A program made the translations under genes and the position numbers. Shown piece by piece: positions 22,083 to 34,186 of a stretch of DNA of 35,978 bases. The notes under the pieces are model-generated. The model searched no databases. It saw only the letters and a program-made list of their open reading frames with translations, and was not told where the DNA came from. Source of the DNA: Octopus bimaculoides (lineage: Eukaryota). The stretch is taken from the NCBI RefSeq assembly GCF_001194135.2, contig NC_068989.1:15420997-15456974 (forward strand), written 5' to 3'. Positions within the stretch are counted from its first letter, which is position 1; each line of letters begins with the position of its first letter.

Positions 22083-23418
22083 TACATTTGTGTAAATTTA
22101 TTTTTATTTATACACAGACGGGCAGTAATATAACAGAATAGAAAGACGAAGAATTACTGAAGTGTACATCATTATTTACCTCAAACGTATCCAAAAGCAG
22201 CTGACAATTTCTCTCTTTGTAAGCGTCTGGAATTTAAATGAATAAATACCTTTATACTATACAATGTTGAAATTTGATAAGTAATTCTCTTTTGTACATT
22301 TCCATCCAAAATACTGATGACAATACACAACATTTTTGTATATCACAAATTTTTTTGATTGCCCGAATATAAACAATTAACAGTTTGTTCCCTAAACCCA
22401 AATGAATACCAACTTGTAATCTTACAACAATGCTGAACTGCTGAACTCCCTAATTTATATCTTGCCACTGTGGCTAACTATTTAAAAAAATCTATTATAT
22501 GGTTTAACAATTTGCATTCTCTGTGTAGGACATGAAAGAAATGGTGTATATTGCTCAGAACATATGAATCAATGATTGACCAAAAACGTGAAAACAAGTA
22601 CGGACGCTTAGGATGAATTTATGGAAAGGCTTTGGGCAACCAAACAGCGTTCGACTTCGTGTTATTTTTTTACATACCTTTCTTAATAGTTTTTTTTTGT
22701 TTTACATTTCCCTAATTTCTCAGTCACCCATGGCAGTTGATCCCCTTGTTGTTTATTGCAATAACTTGCAGATTCTACAGCAAACTCCGTTATTACACTT
22801 GTTATTTATTGTATTTATCTGACCAGCTTGTAAAAATCTTTGCCCAAAATATGAATTAAATTTGCTGAAAATAAATTTTCTCCCTGCCTTAAAATTATTC
22901 ATAAGGACATCTATGTTTCATATGTACAGACATGTATACATAATTATAGACACCTATCGATCTATATATAAACTTTGTAAATTCATATCTCTAGTAATCA
23001 TCCAAAATAATTATAATTAACGAATGTTTATAAATTTATTCTCAACACTATTTAGTAAAATTATTCACATTCGTAACTTTCCCTATCAATAGTCTATTTC
23101 TAAAAATACGTTAATAAGTCCACAAGAGATACTATATTCGGACAATACTGCGGTTAATTTGCCTCATAATGTAGTTGCATTTAGTATAATACACAGATGG
23201 CTATTTTTATCTATATTTTATTTACATATAAATTGAATTTATCTCCCTATGATTTGATTTTCTAAATCTACTTAGAGAATCTTTTGTTCCTTTATTCATT
23301 CCAGCACTAATTAGCTTCTTTGTAATATCGTTCGTTAATTATACTATTCAAACATCCTTACTCTCGACTATGAGTACATCTTTATTTAAAAGTCACTTAG
23401 AAAAACGGACTGAACTCA

Positions 23419-23468
23419 TATATTCCTTCTGGCTCTGTTATATTCCTTCTGGCTCTGTTATATTCCTT
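23419..23468. repeat. 20 bp tandem repeat, ~2.5 copies (TATATTCCTTCTGGCTCTGT)
   Basis: Directly visible. Confidence 0.9.
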
Positions 23469-23673
23469 TACTGTTTATTATGCACGTTGTTATTCTTAAT
23501 ATTTATTTATTCACAATAGTCTTAATTATAATGAAATCTTGGACTTTAGTTAACTCTTACCGTCCATACACCAGAGTTAATTATACTTTCTCTAATATTG
23601 AAACACAGCGTACTAACAATTCTTTGTAAAGTGTAAACAGTATTTTTTTTTTTGTAAATGCAAAAAAATCCTA

Positions 23674-23829
23674 TAGGCGCAGGCAAGAAGTTTGCCTCCT
23701 AACCACATAGTTCCGGGTTCAGTCCCACTGCGTGGCACCTTGGGCAAGTGTCTTCTTCTATAGCCTCGGGCCGACCAAAGCCTTGTGAGCGGATTTGGTA
23801 GACGGAAACTGAAAGAAGCCCGTCGTATG

Positions 23830-23887
<58 letters not shown>

Positions 23888-24088
23888 TGTGTTTGTCCCT
23901 ACCGCCATTGCTTGACAACCGATGCTGGTGTGTTTACGCCTCCGTAATTTAACAGTCCGGCAAAAGAACCCGACACAGGCTTACAAGGAATAAGTCCTGC
24001 GGCTGATTTCTTCGACTAAACCCTTTAAGGAGGTGCTCTAGCATGGCCGCAGTCAAATGACTGAAACAAGTAAAAGAATAAAAGAATA
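23674..24088 (+). mobile_element. SINE family B, full length, with a deletion in the A-box region
   Basis: TAGGCGCAGGC^AAGAAG lacks ATGGCTGTGTGGT; internal (TA)n(TG)n; tail ends AAAAGAATAAAAGAAT. Confidence 0.9.
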
Positions 24089-24341
24089 ATAACAAAACAA
24101 CTTATCCTTTACCCTTAAATACACTGGTTTATAAACATATGTAGTGTTCCCATTCATCACTACTTTAATAGAAAACTTTTCTTGGCTGATTTTTCTCGAA
24201 ATTACAGAGTTACAGCTCCAGTATGGTCGTCTCTCACTCTTAATAAATGAAGTACCAACGCTAAGATCCTTTTATCACAAAACAATCATATAATTCATAA
24301 CTCCTTTTGTATTTTCCTGCCATTAACCTACTACTATTTCA

Positions 24342-24343
<2 letters not shown>

Positions 24344-24390
<47 letters not shown>

Positions 24391-24391
24391 T
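24344..24391. repeat. (TAA)n microsatellite
   Basis: Directly visible. Confidence 0.95.
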
Positions 24392-24552
24392 TCACAGACA
24401 CGACAGAGCTGGGACCTATATACACTGGAAGCTATGCCAACACTATGGAATAACAACAGAAAAAAGATGGTATAAACACACGCCAGAAAAGGTCACAGAA
24501 AACGAGAAAGCAACCATACTCTGGGATATGCCAATACACACAGATAGAGAAA
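24392..24552 (+). mobile_element. R4/Dong-like fragment (RHD to pre-RLE region) abutting (TAA)n
   Basis: Uninterrupted HRHDRAGTYIHWKLCQHYGITTEKRWYKHTPEKVTENEKATILWDMPIHTDRE; homologous to 10130-10290. Confidence 0.85.
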
Positions 24553-26093
24553 CACACACTATATACATACATATACACACATACACATACACATACATAC
24601 ATACATATATACAAACAGACAAACACAAGTATACGCTGTTAAGTCTTTTTGTTATTACTCTGAAATAATTGAAAGACGAAACTGGAGCTCCCTGGTAAAT
24701 AAGTAAATAATAATAGTCTTTAGCGAATATAATATATATGATACAATTCTCTACTATGTTATAAATGAGTCCTTTATTCAATAGTATTTTCTTTTAATAT
24801 TATTCATAGGATTAAATGACCACATATATGAAACAGATAATCACAAATGGTAGCTCATATATTGTTTAAGAGCTATTAACCATTCTAAGCACGATATCAG
24901 CTAGATATATATCACTGTGATCCGAATCATGTTTCTGCTGTACTCAAGCTTCGAAAATTTTTTGTACATTCATACTATGAAATACAGCTCGATAACATTG
25001 GTTTTATTGAACACTTGCATGGCTAATTAATTGAGAATTAATTCTTAATGAGTTTTGATCAGTCTGGGTTCAATTGTGGGCTTTAGTGGTTAGAGCCCAG
25101 GGTATCCTGCCTGCTCGAGGGCCACCAGAGATTAACTAAACATTAATTTTATTTGTGAACGCAGTATCAGAGTGGAAAGTATTCTAGATTGTGTCTTTAA
25201 AAAGGGGAAGTCAATATACTCCATATATATTACTATTATAATAAAATAGTAATATACTAATATAGTAACAGTACAGAAATATACTGTATTACTAATATAG
25301 TGATATAGCAATAAACGTAATACGATAGTAAAAATGGTTTGAAAGTTCTGAGTGAAAGGAAGTGAACAGAGAACAATTAAACAGAATATATTTACAATGG
25401 TGAATAAAGGTCAACGGAAAAAAAATCGATACTATTTACCGTGTCTTGTAGGAGTCAGTTTTTGCGTATTAACGATGTGCATCTAACCTTCGCTAATTAG
25501 AATTATTATGGTCCATAATTCTGACAGTTATGATTCTCCCGTTGATTTGAGGTTAGGAGCCTACGACCTAGTTTTGATTCACCCTAAAATTGGAATTGTT
25601 TGACTTTGTAACACAAGAAAGAAAAAAACAACGGCTTAAAGCAACTGTGATGTGTTTGTCTAAACCACATAAATTTATTATCACTGGGAATCTTCTAAAA
25701 TATCATCGGAACAAAGGCGGTCGACCTTTCACCTTTTGCTAAATTTTATTTCTATAAGTTTTAAGTTATTGGTATAGTAACATAAATATCTATTTATGCA
25801 AATGATAATTAACCCGAGACCGAGTGATTCATGCAAAATAATTAAATTCTCCAAAAGCTTATGCTGTCTTTTTCTACAATAAGAATTCAACCCTTCAACC
25901 AATATTTAGCAATTATTTTCCACCCATTCAAATTAATTAGATCGGAGAAAAAGAGATTTCAGTGTGGAAGCATGAAGACATTCTCAGTAAATGCGAGTTC
26001 TTGGACTCAAATGCAAGGCAGCAGCAAAACATTAAACTGGACACCAAAGATATCCGAATCTAATGATTGCTATGGCATTATTAAAGAGGCACT

Positions 26094-26481
26094 TGTTGTT
26101 GGCACTCCGTCGCTTACGACGACGAGGGTTCCAGTTGATCCGATCAACGGAACAGCCTGCTCGTGAAATTAACGTGCAAGTGGCTGAGCACTCCACAGAC
26201 ACGTGTACCCTTAACGTAGTTCTCGGGGATATTCAGCGTGACACAGAGTGTGACAAGGCTGACCCTTTGAATTACAGGCACAAACAGAAATAGGAAGTAA
26301 GAATGAGAGAAAGTTGTGGTGAAAGAGTACAGCAGGGTTCGCCACCATCCCCTGCCGGAGCCTCGTGGAGCTTTAGGTGTTTTCGCTCAATAAACACTCA
26401 CAACGCCCGGACTGGGAATCGAAACCGCGATCCTATGACCGCGAGTCCGCTTCCCTAACCACTGGGCCATTGCGCCTCCAC
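26094..26481 (-). mobile_element. tRNA-type SINE family C, full length, with an 11 bp target-site duplication
   Basis: Minus: TGGCCCAGTGG A box, GGTTTCGATTCC B box, tail ..GGAGTGCCAACAACA; AAAGAGGCACT at 26083-26093 and 26482-26492. Confidence 0.92.
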
Positions 26482-27108
26482 AAAGAGGCACTAAGAGTTC
26501 AAGTTATGTGATGATACGAATGTCACAAAAGCTGATGACGAGGGGCTTGAGCAAACTCAAATATAATACAGGAATTGAGTGATTTGTGATGTAAATAAAT
26601 TCTCGGTGGCACCATGATAATGATTTCTCATATTTCGAAAGACTCTGATCAGCGAAGATATCATTCATTGATATTCCAGAAGCACATGACTAGTGAGGAT
26701 ATCTAAAAGGAATGAGTAATGTATTTTCTCCCATTCAATAGGAAATATATATTGCTTGGTTTGAACTGTCTTCGAGGGCATACATAGGTCAAAACCCCAG
26801 TTTTCCCTAGGTATGTTTTCAAACTAGCACCTGTATATTGTTTACAAAACATGATAGCAGTTCTGGACATCGGACCTGTAACATAACGTGAATTGATTCA
26901 ATGAACGAAATCTCATTAAGAAAAGGAATGGAATATTGGGGAAAAGTAATGTAAAGAAAAGTTTTGACTGTAAAGTTTCTCTCATCTTTTGATGACACCG
27001 AAACACTTACTTCTTAACAGAATGACAACAACCATTTACTGAATATGATCTTTCCTTATTTCTCATATAGCAAAAATAAGTTAATTACAAGGGAAATCTT
27101 CAAATATA

Positions 27109-27931
27109 CGTAGTCTGATCAATAAGTATCCGGGCTTTTGCCACGGTAACGAAGTTAAAGTACGCAAGGTAAAGTCACTTGGCACAGATTTACCTTGAAT
27201 TGTGCTGTGCATGCGCACTAAGTTTTAACTTCCGCTGTTTACAGCAGTGCTTGGAAGGAATGTGTGTAGCATGTGATCGTCACATTGATCATGACAGAAA
27301 ATGTTGAGCAGAGAACCTGCATCAAATTTTGCCAAAAGCTGGCGATACCAGCTCAGAGGCTCACGCAAAGTTTTCAAAAAGTTTTCATCGTTCTTGACAC
27401 AAACGAGGAGATCTTGTGAAACTGAAACCCAAGTGTCTTTTTGGTCAGCTGAAAGCAGTTTTGGCACAAACCTGGCAGACACGCATCTCATACCCAAATC
27501 TTCAATGATTATGGATCGAACTGAACCGTAACTAATCGGCATATCCTCTGATAATCACGGATGGTGATTCGACGATTTCCTCCCACAGGTGCGCGCACAT
27601 CTGCGATGTTTTTCTCAGAATGTTCGTCACTATCAACATCTTTTCGGCCGCGTTGTGTGAAACTCATAAACTCCTATCCATATACTTTCTACAACTTTGC
27701 GTTAGCCTCTGAGCAGGTGTCGTCATGACAACTTCTTCTGTCATTGTCAATGCGACGATCACACGCTACACACCTTCCTTCCAAGCACTGCCGTAAACAG
27801 CGAAAGTGAGTTAGAACGTTAAAACTGCGTGCGCAGGGACAGCAGAGCTCAAAGTCAAGCGGCTTTATTCTGTGTGCTTTAGCTGTGTTACTATGGCAAC
27901 AGTCCAGATACTTATTATTGATCAGACCTCG
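27109..27931. mobile_element. Mariner-family derivative made of two inward-facing 5' ends, flanked by TA
   Basis: TIR CG.AGTCTGATCAATAAGTATC at both ends, TA at 27107-8 and 27932-3; plus-strand MTENVEQRTCIKFCQKL; minus-strand HTH region ..ISYGSVRSIIIEDLGMRCVSARFVPKLL..DENFLKT; no DDD domain. Confidence 0.88.
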
Positions 27932-28119
27932 TATCTTCAAAAATATCCGAGGGAGATATAGAAGTTATGCGAACAAAGTATTGAAAGCATTTACACCAAG
28001 TTAAGACAGTGTTCGGTACATGGAATATGATGGGTAAAATAGGTGATGCTGACAATATGGGCTTGAAGTCCTATGCAGTATTTTGATGCGTTGTTATCAC
28101 TGTCTTGTTTTTTTTTTGT

Positions 28120-28550
28120 TAAATTGGAGAAGAAATCAAAGAAGCGACATACTTTTTATTCAACACCAGGAAAATCTCAGATTGATCAGTTGACTAGTTA
28201 TTCATCATGTTAGAAAATCAGTTCAAAAGGTTATTGGCCGTTTTCCTACTTTCATTCCCTTTGCAAGTCACGCAGAAGAAGCTCTTGCAAACATCATCGT
28301 GAAATTTTTTGAACAAAATAGAATCGACGTAACAATTTAAAAGAAAAAGGACAGTGATAAGAACGCATCAAACATGTCAAAGTACTACAAAGAACTTCAA
28401 GCTCATATTGTCAATAACAACTATTTTACTCGTTACATTCCATGGACTGAACAGCCTCTTAACTTGGTGTATATGCATTTAAGCTATTTCATTCTTTGGT
28501 ATTGTACTAAAAATTAAAACTTCTTTCCTGGTTCTTCTCCATGTCGGCCA
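28120..28550 (+). mobile_element. hAT-superfamily transposase remnant (Tip100/ZMYM1-like)
   Basis: GEEIKEATYF..STPGKSQIDQL..RFPTFIP..SH.EE.LA..FEQNRID..DKNASNMSKYYKELQA..YIPW..LNLV mirrors the hAT DSTPD..QL / YDNASNMSG / YIPC.AHSLNLV motifs with the catalytic residues decayed. Confidence 0.8.
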
Positions 28551-28795
28551 CGAATGCTTTCGGGCGGTAAAACAGAAGGTGAAAATGAATGAAAAGGTGT
28601 GTAAGGACCGATAACTCAAAAACATTGCTTGAAGTGTTCAGCTATTTTTGAAGAAGCCACAAAATTAATCTGTGATGTAGATCAAAAACGTGATAAGTTA
28701 TGAAGCAAAAACTACATTCAAGCGGTTACTAAACTTAGAAACAGTTATATTGGAAGCAATATGGAATCAGAATACTTATGCACATATATACATAC

Positions 28796-28796
<1 letters not shown>

Positions 28797-28866
<70 letters not shown>
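28797..28866. repeat. (TA)n microsatellite
   Basis: Directly visible. Confidence 0.95.
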
Positions 28867-28869
<3 letters not shown>

Positions 28870-29152
28870 ATTAAATATGCGCATATGCGCATACATCCAC
28901 CCACATGCATGTACACACACACATACACAGGTGTATATATATATATATATATGTATACATAAGGTAAGAGCGCACCTTTTGATGCAAGTCTGATGAAGTG
29001 CCACTCTAATGTGTAAAACCGCAAATATTACGTGACTTTACCCATTGAACTTTTGCGGCTTTTCTGGATTATACATACATACATACATACATACATGTGT
29101 GAGTGTGTGCGTTCGTGTGTGTGTGAATAGTACTCAAACAACAAAGTTTCAA

Positions 29153-29155
<3 letters not shown>

Positions 29156-29245
<90 letters not shown>
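29156..29245. repeat. (TC)n microsatellite
   Basis: Directly visible. Confidence 0.95.
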
Positions 29246-29432
29246 GTATACATTATATATATATATTCAGATAAGATAAGAAATGGATATATTAAACCAC
29301 ACTTTACCATTCGAATTACCAACTACTGTTAAACCTATAACAAGTCGTATGCATAGGTAATACACCAGTAGTGCCTATGGATACATTTATCCCTTAGACG
29401 GCTGCATAACCTCTTACTCAAAATTTATATAT

Positions 29433-29853
29433 AGGCGCAGGAGTGGCTGTGTGGTAAGTAGCTTGCTTACCAACCACATGGTCCTGGGTTCAGTCCTACT
29501 GCGTGGCATCTTCAGCAGGTGTCTTCTACTACAGCCTGGGGCAGACCAAAGCCTTTTGAGTGGATTTGGTAGACGGAAACTGGAAGAAACCCATCGTATA
29601 TATATATATGTATATATATATATGTATGCGTGTGTATATTTTTGTGTGTCTGCGTTTGTCCCGCCCCAACATCGCTTGACAACCGATGCTGGTGTGTTTA
29701 CGTCCCCGTAACTTAGCAGTTCGGCAAAAGAGAACGATAGAATAAGTACTAGGCTTACAAAGTATAAGCTCTGGGGTCGATTTGCTTGATTAGAGGCGGT
29801 GCTCCAGCATGGCAGCAGTCAAACGACTGAAACAAGTAAAAGAATAAAAGAAT
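29433..29853 (+). mobile_element. SINE family B, full length
   Basis: AGGCGCAGGAGTGGCTGTGTGGTAAG head, internal (TA/TG)n, complete tail. Confidence 0.92.
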
Positions 29854-30964
29854 ATATATATATACATAAAGAGAAAGAGAGGGAGAGAGAGAGAGGGAGA
29901 GAGAGATTGTTACTGATGCGCAGCCTGGTGGAAGTTACCATGTATAATTAGGGTTCACTTTTCTGCTACGCTAAACTCCCACGCCCTTTATAAATGCAGT
30001 CAATAAAGTAGCAATATAAATTGACGTTATTATGTAATAAAAAAGTTACATGTAGTTTAAAAGAATACAGAATACAAATTATTGATGTATCAGAAACATC
30101 ATTATATTCCATCTAATAATCAATATTCAGATCGATTACCGATCATATCATTGGATGACGCTATCGAAATATGAAACCCATTACGTTATTCTCTCTATAT
30201 ATTCGAGTGAATAATGTTTCATTCAAGAAGAAAACAGAACAAGAATAGGAAGAGTAATAAATAGTATATCAAAGCAAGTGTAACAAAGTTTAGGTTAAGT
30301 GGTACCAAGTCAACGGATTATACATAAGAACAGATAATACGGGAATACGATAAAGTAAGATGAAACAGGCCATAAAGAATAAATGTGAAAGAAGTGCAAT
30401 GATATAAAATATAATACAAAAATGCAATGAAATAAAAAATGTATACAACCCAGAGGGATAAACAATATAAAGACAATGAAAGGATAAAATGAAGTACAAG
30501 AAAGACATAAACGATATAGATAACAAATATACATACATACATACATTATATACATATATATAAATATATATATATATGAAGAATATAAAACAAGTTGCGA
30601 AGGCGTCGGAAAGACTATAAGATGACTTAGAAACAGAAAGATAAAGTCATTAACAAATAAAATCTATGGACTGATGCTTGTTGAGACGGCGAGAAGGTAT
30701 TTGGAGTTGTAGATCAAAGGAACATGGCGGAAGTTCGAGTGAAATTTTCTGACGACAGTGACTCTTAATATCCACATCAAGAGCTGTTGTGGTATACTGT
30801 GCTATGTTGAAAGTATACGCTACGGATGAATTTCGAAGAAAAACAGGCCGATTCGTAAATGTTCAAATGTAACTATTCTCGCATGTAGGATTTTTCTTTG
30901 AGTTCTTCTCGAGAGAGTTTAAGCCAGTCGCTAACAAAGCGACAAAACTTTTTGAGTTAAGAGG

Positions 30965-31153
30965 GTTCTCGGTATTTGTTAAGTAAGTGATTCAGTTTCT
31001 TTCGCTCTTTCTCCATGAAACCGAGTTCGCTGATTTCTTATTTTTTCTAAAAATCCAAGCATAACCGGACTTTTAGGCATTTACACACTAAATCAAGTGC
31101 ACCAATTATTATTGGTATCAATGTAAATTTGTAATCTGGGTATAGAAGCTGGA
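30965..31153 (-). mobile_element. Older R4/Dong-like C-terminal remnant
   Basis: LRN.QLLYPDYKFTLIPIIIGALDLVCKCL..ELGFMEKERKKL, paralogous to the adjacent copy (LRNLQLL*PDYKFRFVPVIIGALG..KLGFSKPKRRKL). Confidence 0.7.
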
Positions 31154-31154
31154 A

Positions 31155-32050
31155 TTTCGAAGCATATGTACTGCATGTATGTATGTATGTATGTCATTAT
31201 TCAGTTTATTTCAAAATTTCTTGCCAACAGAGAAAGAACCAGTTTCTAACCTAGATCTAAGGCTCCTTCACTGGAATTTCAACATCAACAACAGGGTATT
31301 TTTGCATGTATGTATGTATGTATGTATGTATGTATGTATATGTGCAGATTTGTATGTTTTATGTATGTATTCTCATGCGTATAATTGCATATCTAGATAT
31401 GCTCATATATATTTAAATGATAAACTTCTGGAAAGTTTTACAGATTTTTACAGTTCCAGTGACGGATTGGATCTATAGATTCGAATTAGCTTTCTCCTTT
31501 TTGGTTTTGAGAAGCCTAATTTCTTAAGATTGATATTTAAACAATGCGTTACTTATCCCAGGGCCCCAATAATTACAGGTACAAACCTGAACTTGTAATC
31601 TGGTTAGAGTAACTGCAGATTTCTCAATAGTTCAGCATAGGTGTTTTCTTTTTCATTGATGTTCAGCTTTATGTTAATATCCGCTGGTCAGCTAATTTCC
31701 ACAACTGTGCACATTTTCTTTCCTCTATCTCAAATCATCATATCAGGTCTGTTGCGTTTACATTCTATTGAGGTATTCACTGGTACATTCCACCAGTATT
31801 CCTTTTTATTATGAGTGGCTATGGCTTCTACCATATTGTGGGTTCTTATTTCTTTGTCTTCGGGATTATCCTGCCGACGGATTTCATTATAGAGTGTCCT
31901 AGCTACAGCATCATGTCTCATCGGTAGATAATACCGGGATGACATTTTCGGACAACTGCTTATGATGTGCGTGATATCCCCAGTGTGAACTCCACAAAGT
32001 CTGCATCGATTGTCACATTTTACTGCTTTTCCTTCATCTCTATCCCTTTA
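31155..32050 (-). mobile_element. R4/Dong-like RLE element, 5'-truncated, 3' end in (CATA)n
   Basis: CRLCGVHTGDITHIISSC (CCHC), MRHDAVAR, RPDMMIW..VVEIS..EKENTYAEL..PVIIGALG; 3' UTR ends ..GAATAATGA(CATA)n. Confidence 0.9.
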
Positions 32051-32072
32051 GAATATATCTAGAATACATTTA

Positions 32073-32119
<47 letters not shown>

Positions 32120-32334
32120 CACACACGCATTTAGAATATATATATATTTATATATATATGTGTATGTGTGTGTATATATGTATATATATGTACGTATAAG
32201 TATATGTGCATATATATATATATGTACTTACGCACGCACACGCACGTATATATATACATAATGTATGTATTGATATACGTCAGATGTTCGTTACCATACT
32301 CGACTAATCTTGCTTGATGTGAAGGAGGCTTTAC

Positions 32335-32358
32335 TGAAACATAAAGCTTTATGTTTCA
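32335..32358. repeat. Perfect 24 bp palindrome TGAAACATAAAGCTTTATGTTTCA
   Basis: Directly visible. Confidence 0.9.
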
Positions 32359-32710
32359 ATCTGAGATGTAATTAAGAACCACACACGTCAAGTTGCCAAA
32401 CGCCGTTTAATTTTCTTCTACACTTTATAATAATAATCCGTCAGGAGATTAATGTACTAAGTTAATGTACTAAGTTTACTGAAGTAGTAATCTTAACTGA
32501 CAGACCGTACGATAAAAGAGAACATATTGATTTATTTAAGCCTACAGCGCAATGCCTCAGATGTCTCTACACTTGGCAATGTGGCAGAATCTGTGATAGA
32601 TCTATGCTGTCGTAGGGACCAAATGGAACGCCACAAGACGGTCTCACAAACTGGTTGAACTACCAAACGTAACGCATTTAAAGTACTGTTTTCAAATGTC
32701 GACACAACTC

Positions 32711-32884
32711 CTGAAATTTTGGAGGAAGTGTGGGCAGTCGATTAGATCGACACCAGTACGCAACTGGTACTTAATTTTTCGCCCCCCCCCAAAGGATGAA
32801 AGGCCAAGTCAACCTTGGTGGAATTCGAACTCAGAAGGTGAAGTATTTTGTCCGGCGTGCTAACGTTTCTGCCAGTACGCCGCC
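32711..32884 (-). mobile_element. SINE family A with an internal deletion
   Basis: Reverse complement matches the family A head and tail. Confidence 0.8.
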
Positions 32885-32994
32885 TTAATGTAAGGTTATA
32901 TGTTGATAAGAATGTAAGGGTCGATGTCATTTTAGATACTTTATACAACAGGGTGGTCATGGATGGAATGTCTTTGCTCATAAGGCTGTTCGAT

Positions 32995-33146
32995 ATGTGG
33001 TTAAGATGCTCGCTTTGCAACCATGTGACTCCGTGTTCAGTCCCATTGCGCACCACTATCTTTAGCAAACGTCTTCTGCTACAGCTCCGAGCCGGCAAAT
33101 ACCTTTCTAGAGAACTTGTTAGATGGACATTGTGTGGAAGCCAGCC

Positions 33147-33186
<40 letters not shown>
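32995..33186 (+). mobile_element. SINE family B-like head plus (TA)n, preceded by a (CAA)-family tail fragment (~32930-32994)
   Basis: GTGGTTAAGATGCTCGC..GTTCAGTCCCATTGCG..GAAGCCAGCCG(TA)n; gap 33187-33530. Confidence 0.7.
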
Positions 33187-33633
33187 NNNNNNNNNNNNNN
33201 NNNNNNNNNNNNNNNNNNNNNNNNNNNNNNNNNNNNNNNNNNNNNNNNNNNNNNNNNNNNNNNNNNNNNNNNNNNNNNNNNNNNNNNNNNNNNNNNNNNN
33301 NNNNNNNNNNNNNNNNNNNNNNNNNNNNNNNNNNNNNNNNNNNNNNNNNNNNNNNNNNNNNNNNNNNNNNNNNNNNNNNNNNNNNNNNNNNNNNNNNNNN
33401 NNNNNNNNNNNNNNNNNNNNNNNNNNNNNNNNNNNNNNNNNNNNNNNNNNNNNNNNNNNNNNNNNNNNNNNNNNNNNNNNNNNNNNNNNNNNNNNNNNNN
33501 NNNNNNNNNNNNNNNNNNNNNNNNNNNNNNATATATATAGGGAGAATTCACAATAAAAAAAAACAACAGACGAAGACAGGTGGTGTAGAAAACAAATAGA
33601 TGTATTAGTATAACGCTCGGGAATTAAAAAAGT

Positions 33634-33669
33634 CTTTAACGTTTCGAGCCTACGCTCTTCCACAGAAAG
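33634..33669 (-). ncRNA. Minimal type I hammerhead ribozyme-like motif with a variant core, probably in a Penelope-type terminal repeat (~33535-33735)
   Basis: Minus: CUUU-CUGUGGA-A-GAGC(GUAG)GCUC-GAAAC-GU-U-AAAG; stems I and II pair perfectly, stem III is the ACGU palindrome; core position 6 is U instead of A. Confidence 0.6.
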
Positions 33670-33939
33670 GAACACAGAAAGAAACAAGGAGAGAAAAAAA
33701 TGTGTGTAGTGGTCAGCGATCTATCATGGCGAATGATACATAATTACATGCATGTGTGTATGTGTTCTGCAGTCTCCCCACTGGTTCACGACTGGAGCTT
33801 GTTTATGTTCCTTTAACATAGTGGGTCAATAAAAGTGGTCGATAGAATAAAGCTAAAAAAAAGACAACTCTATAAACCGGATATTGAATGGAGGCCGTTG
33901 TACACACATACATATATACATACTTACATATTTATCTTT

Positions 33940-34186
33940 ACAGTATATATATATATATATATATATATTCCCTCTCTTATACCCACCCTCTCTCCTCTCT
34001 TCCTCTCCCCTCCCATACCCATCTACCCCCTCTCTTACATCCACCTTCCCCTTCTCCCTCCTCGTCAACACCCCCTCATAAGCTCATCCCACCACACCCC
34101 AACACGCTCCTACTCTACCTTCCCACTCCACCCCATCCAATTCCTTACACCCACCACCCACCCCTACCCACATACCCCACCCTACC
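33940..34186. repeat. (TA)n and C/pyrimidine-rich low-complexity tract before gap 34187-35110
   Basis: Directly visible. Confidence 0.85.

Noticed and set aside
17931-23468. 18 bp and 20 bp direct repeats as CRISPR-like arrays
   Set aside because: Contiguous tandem copies with no spacers, no cas genes, eukaryotic context.
25861-26293. ORFs of 101 and 76 aa
   Set aside because: They run into the antisense of SINE C; no motif support.
26395-26481. tRNA gene
   Set aside because: The tRNA-like head runs into a SINE body flanked by TSDs, with no acceptor-stem closure or oligo-T terminator; the same applies to SINE A and B heads.
28985-29040. Hammerhead-like CTGATGA..AAAAC..GTGACTT
   Set aside because: G12 is missing, the cleavage position is G, stem II is nearly all wobble pairs and stem III is broken; at best a decayed remnant.
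32530-32670. Possible exon or LINE C-terminal Cys motif
   Set aside because: Both candidate frames checked stop early and the similarity is too weak.
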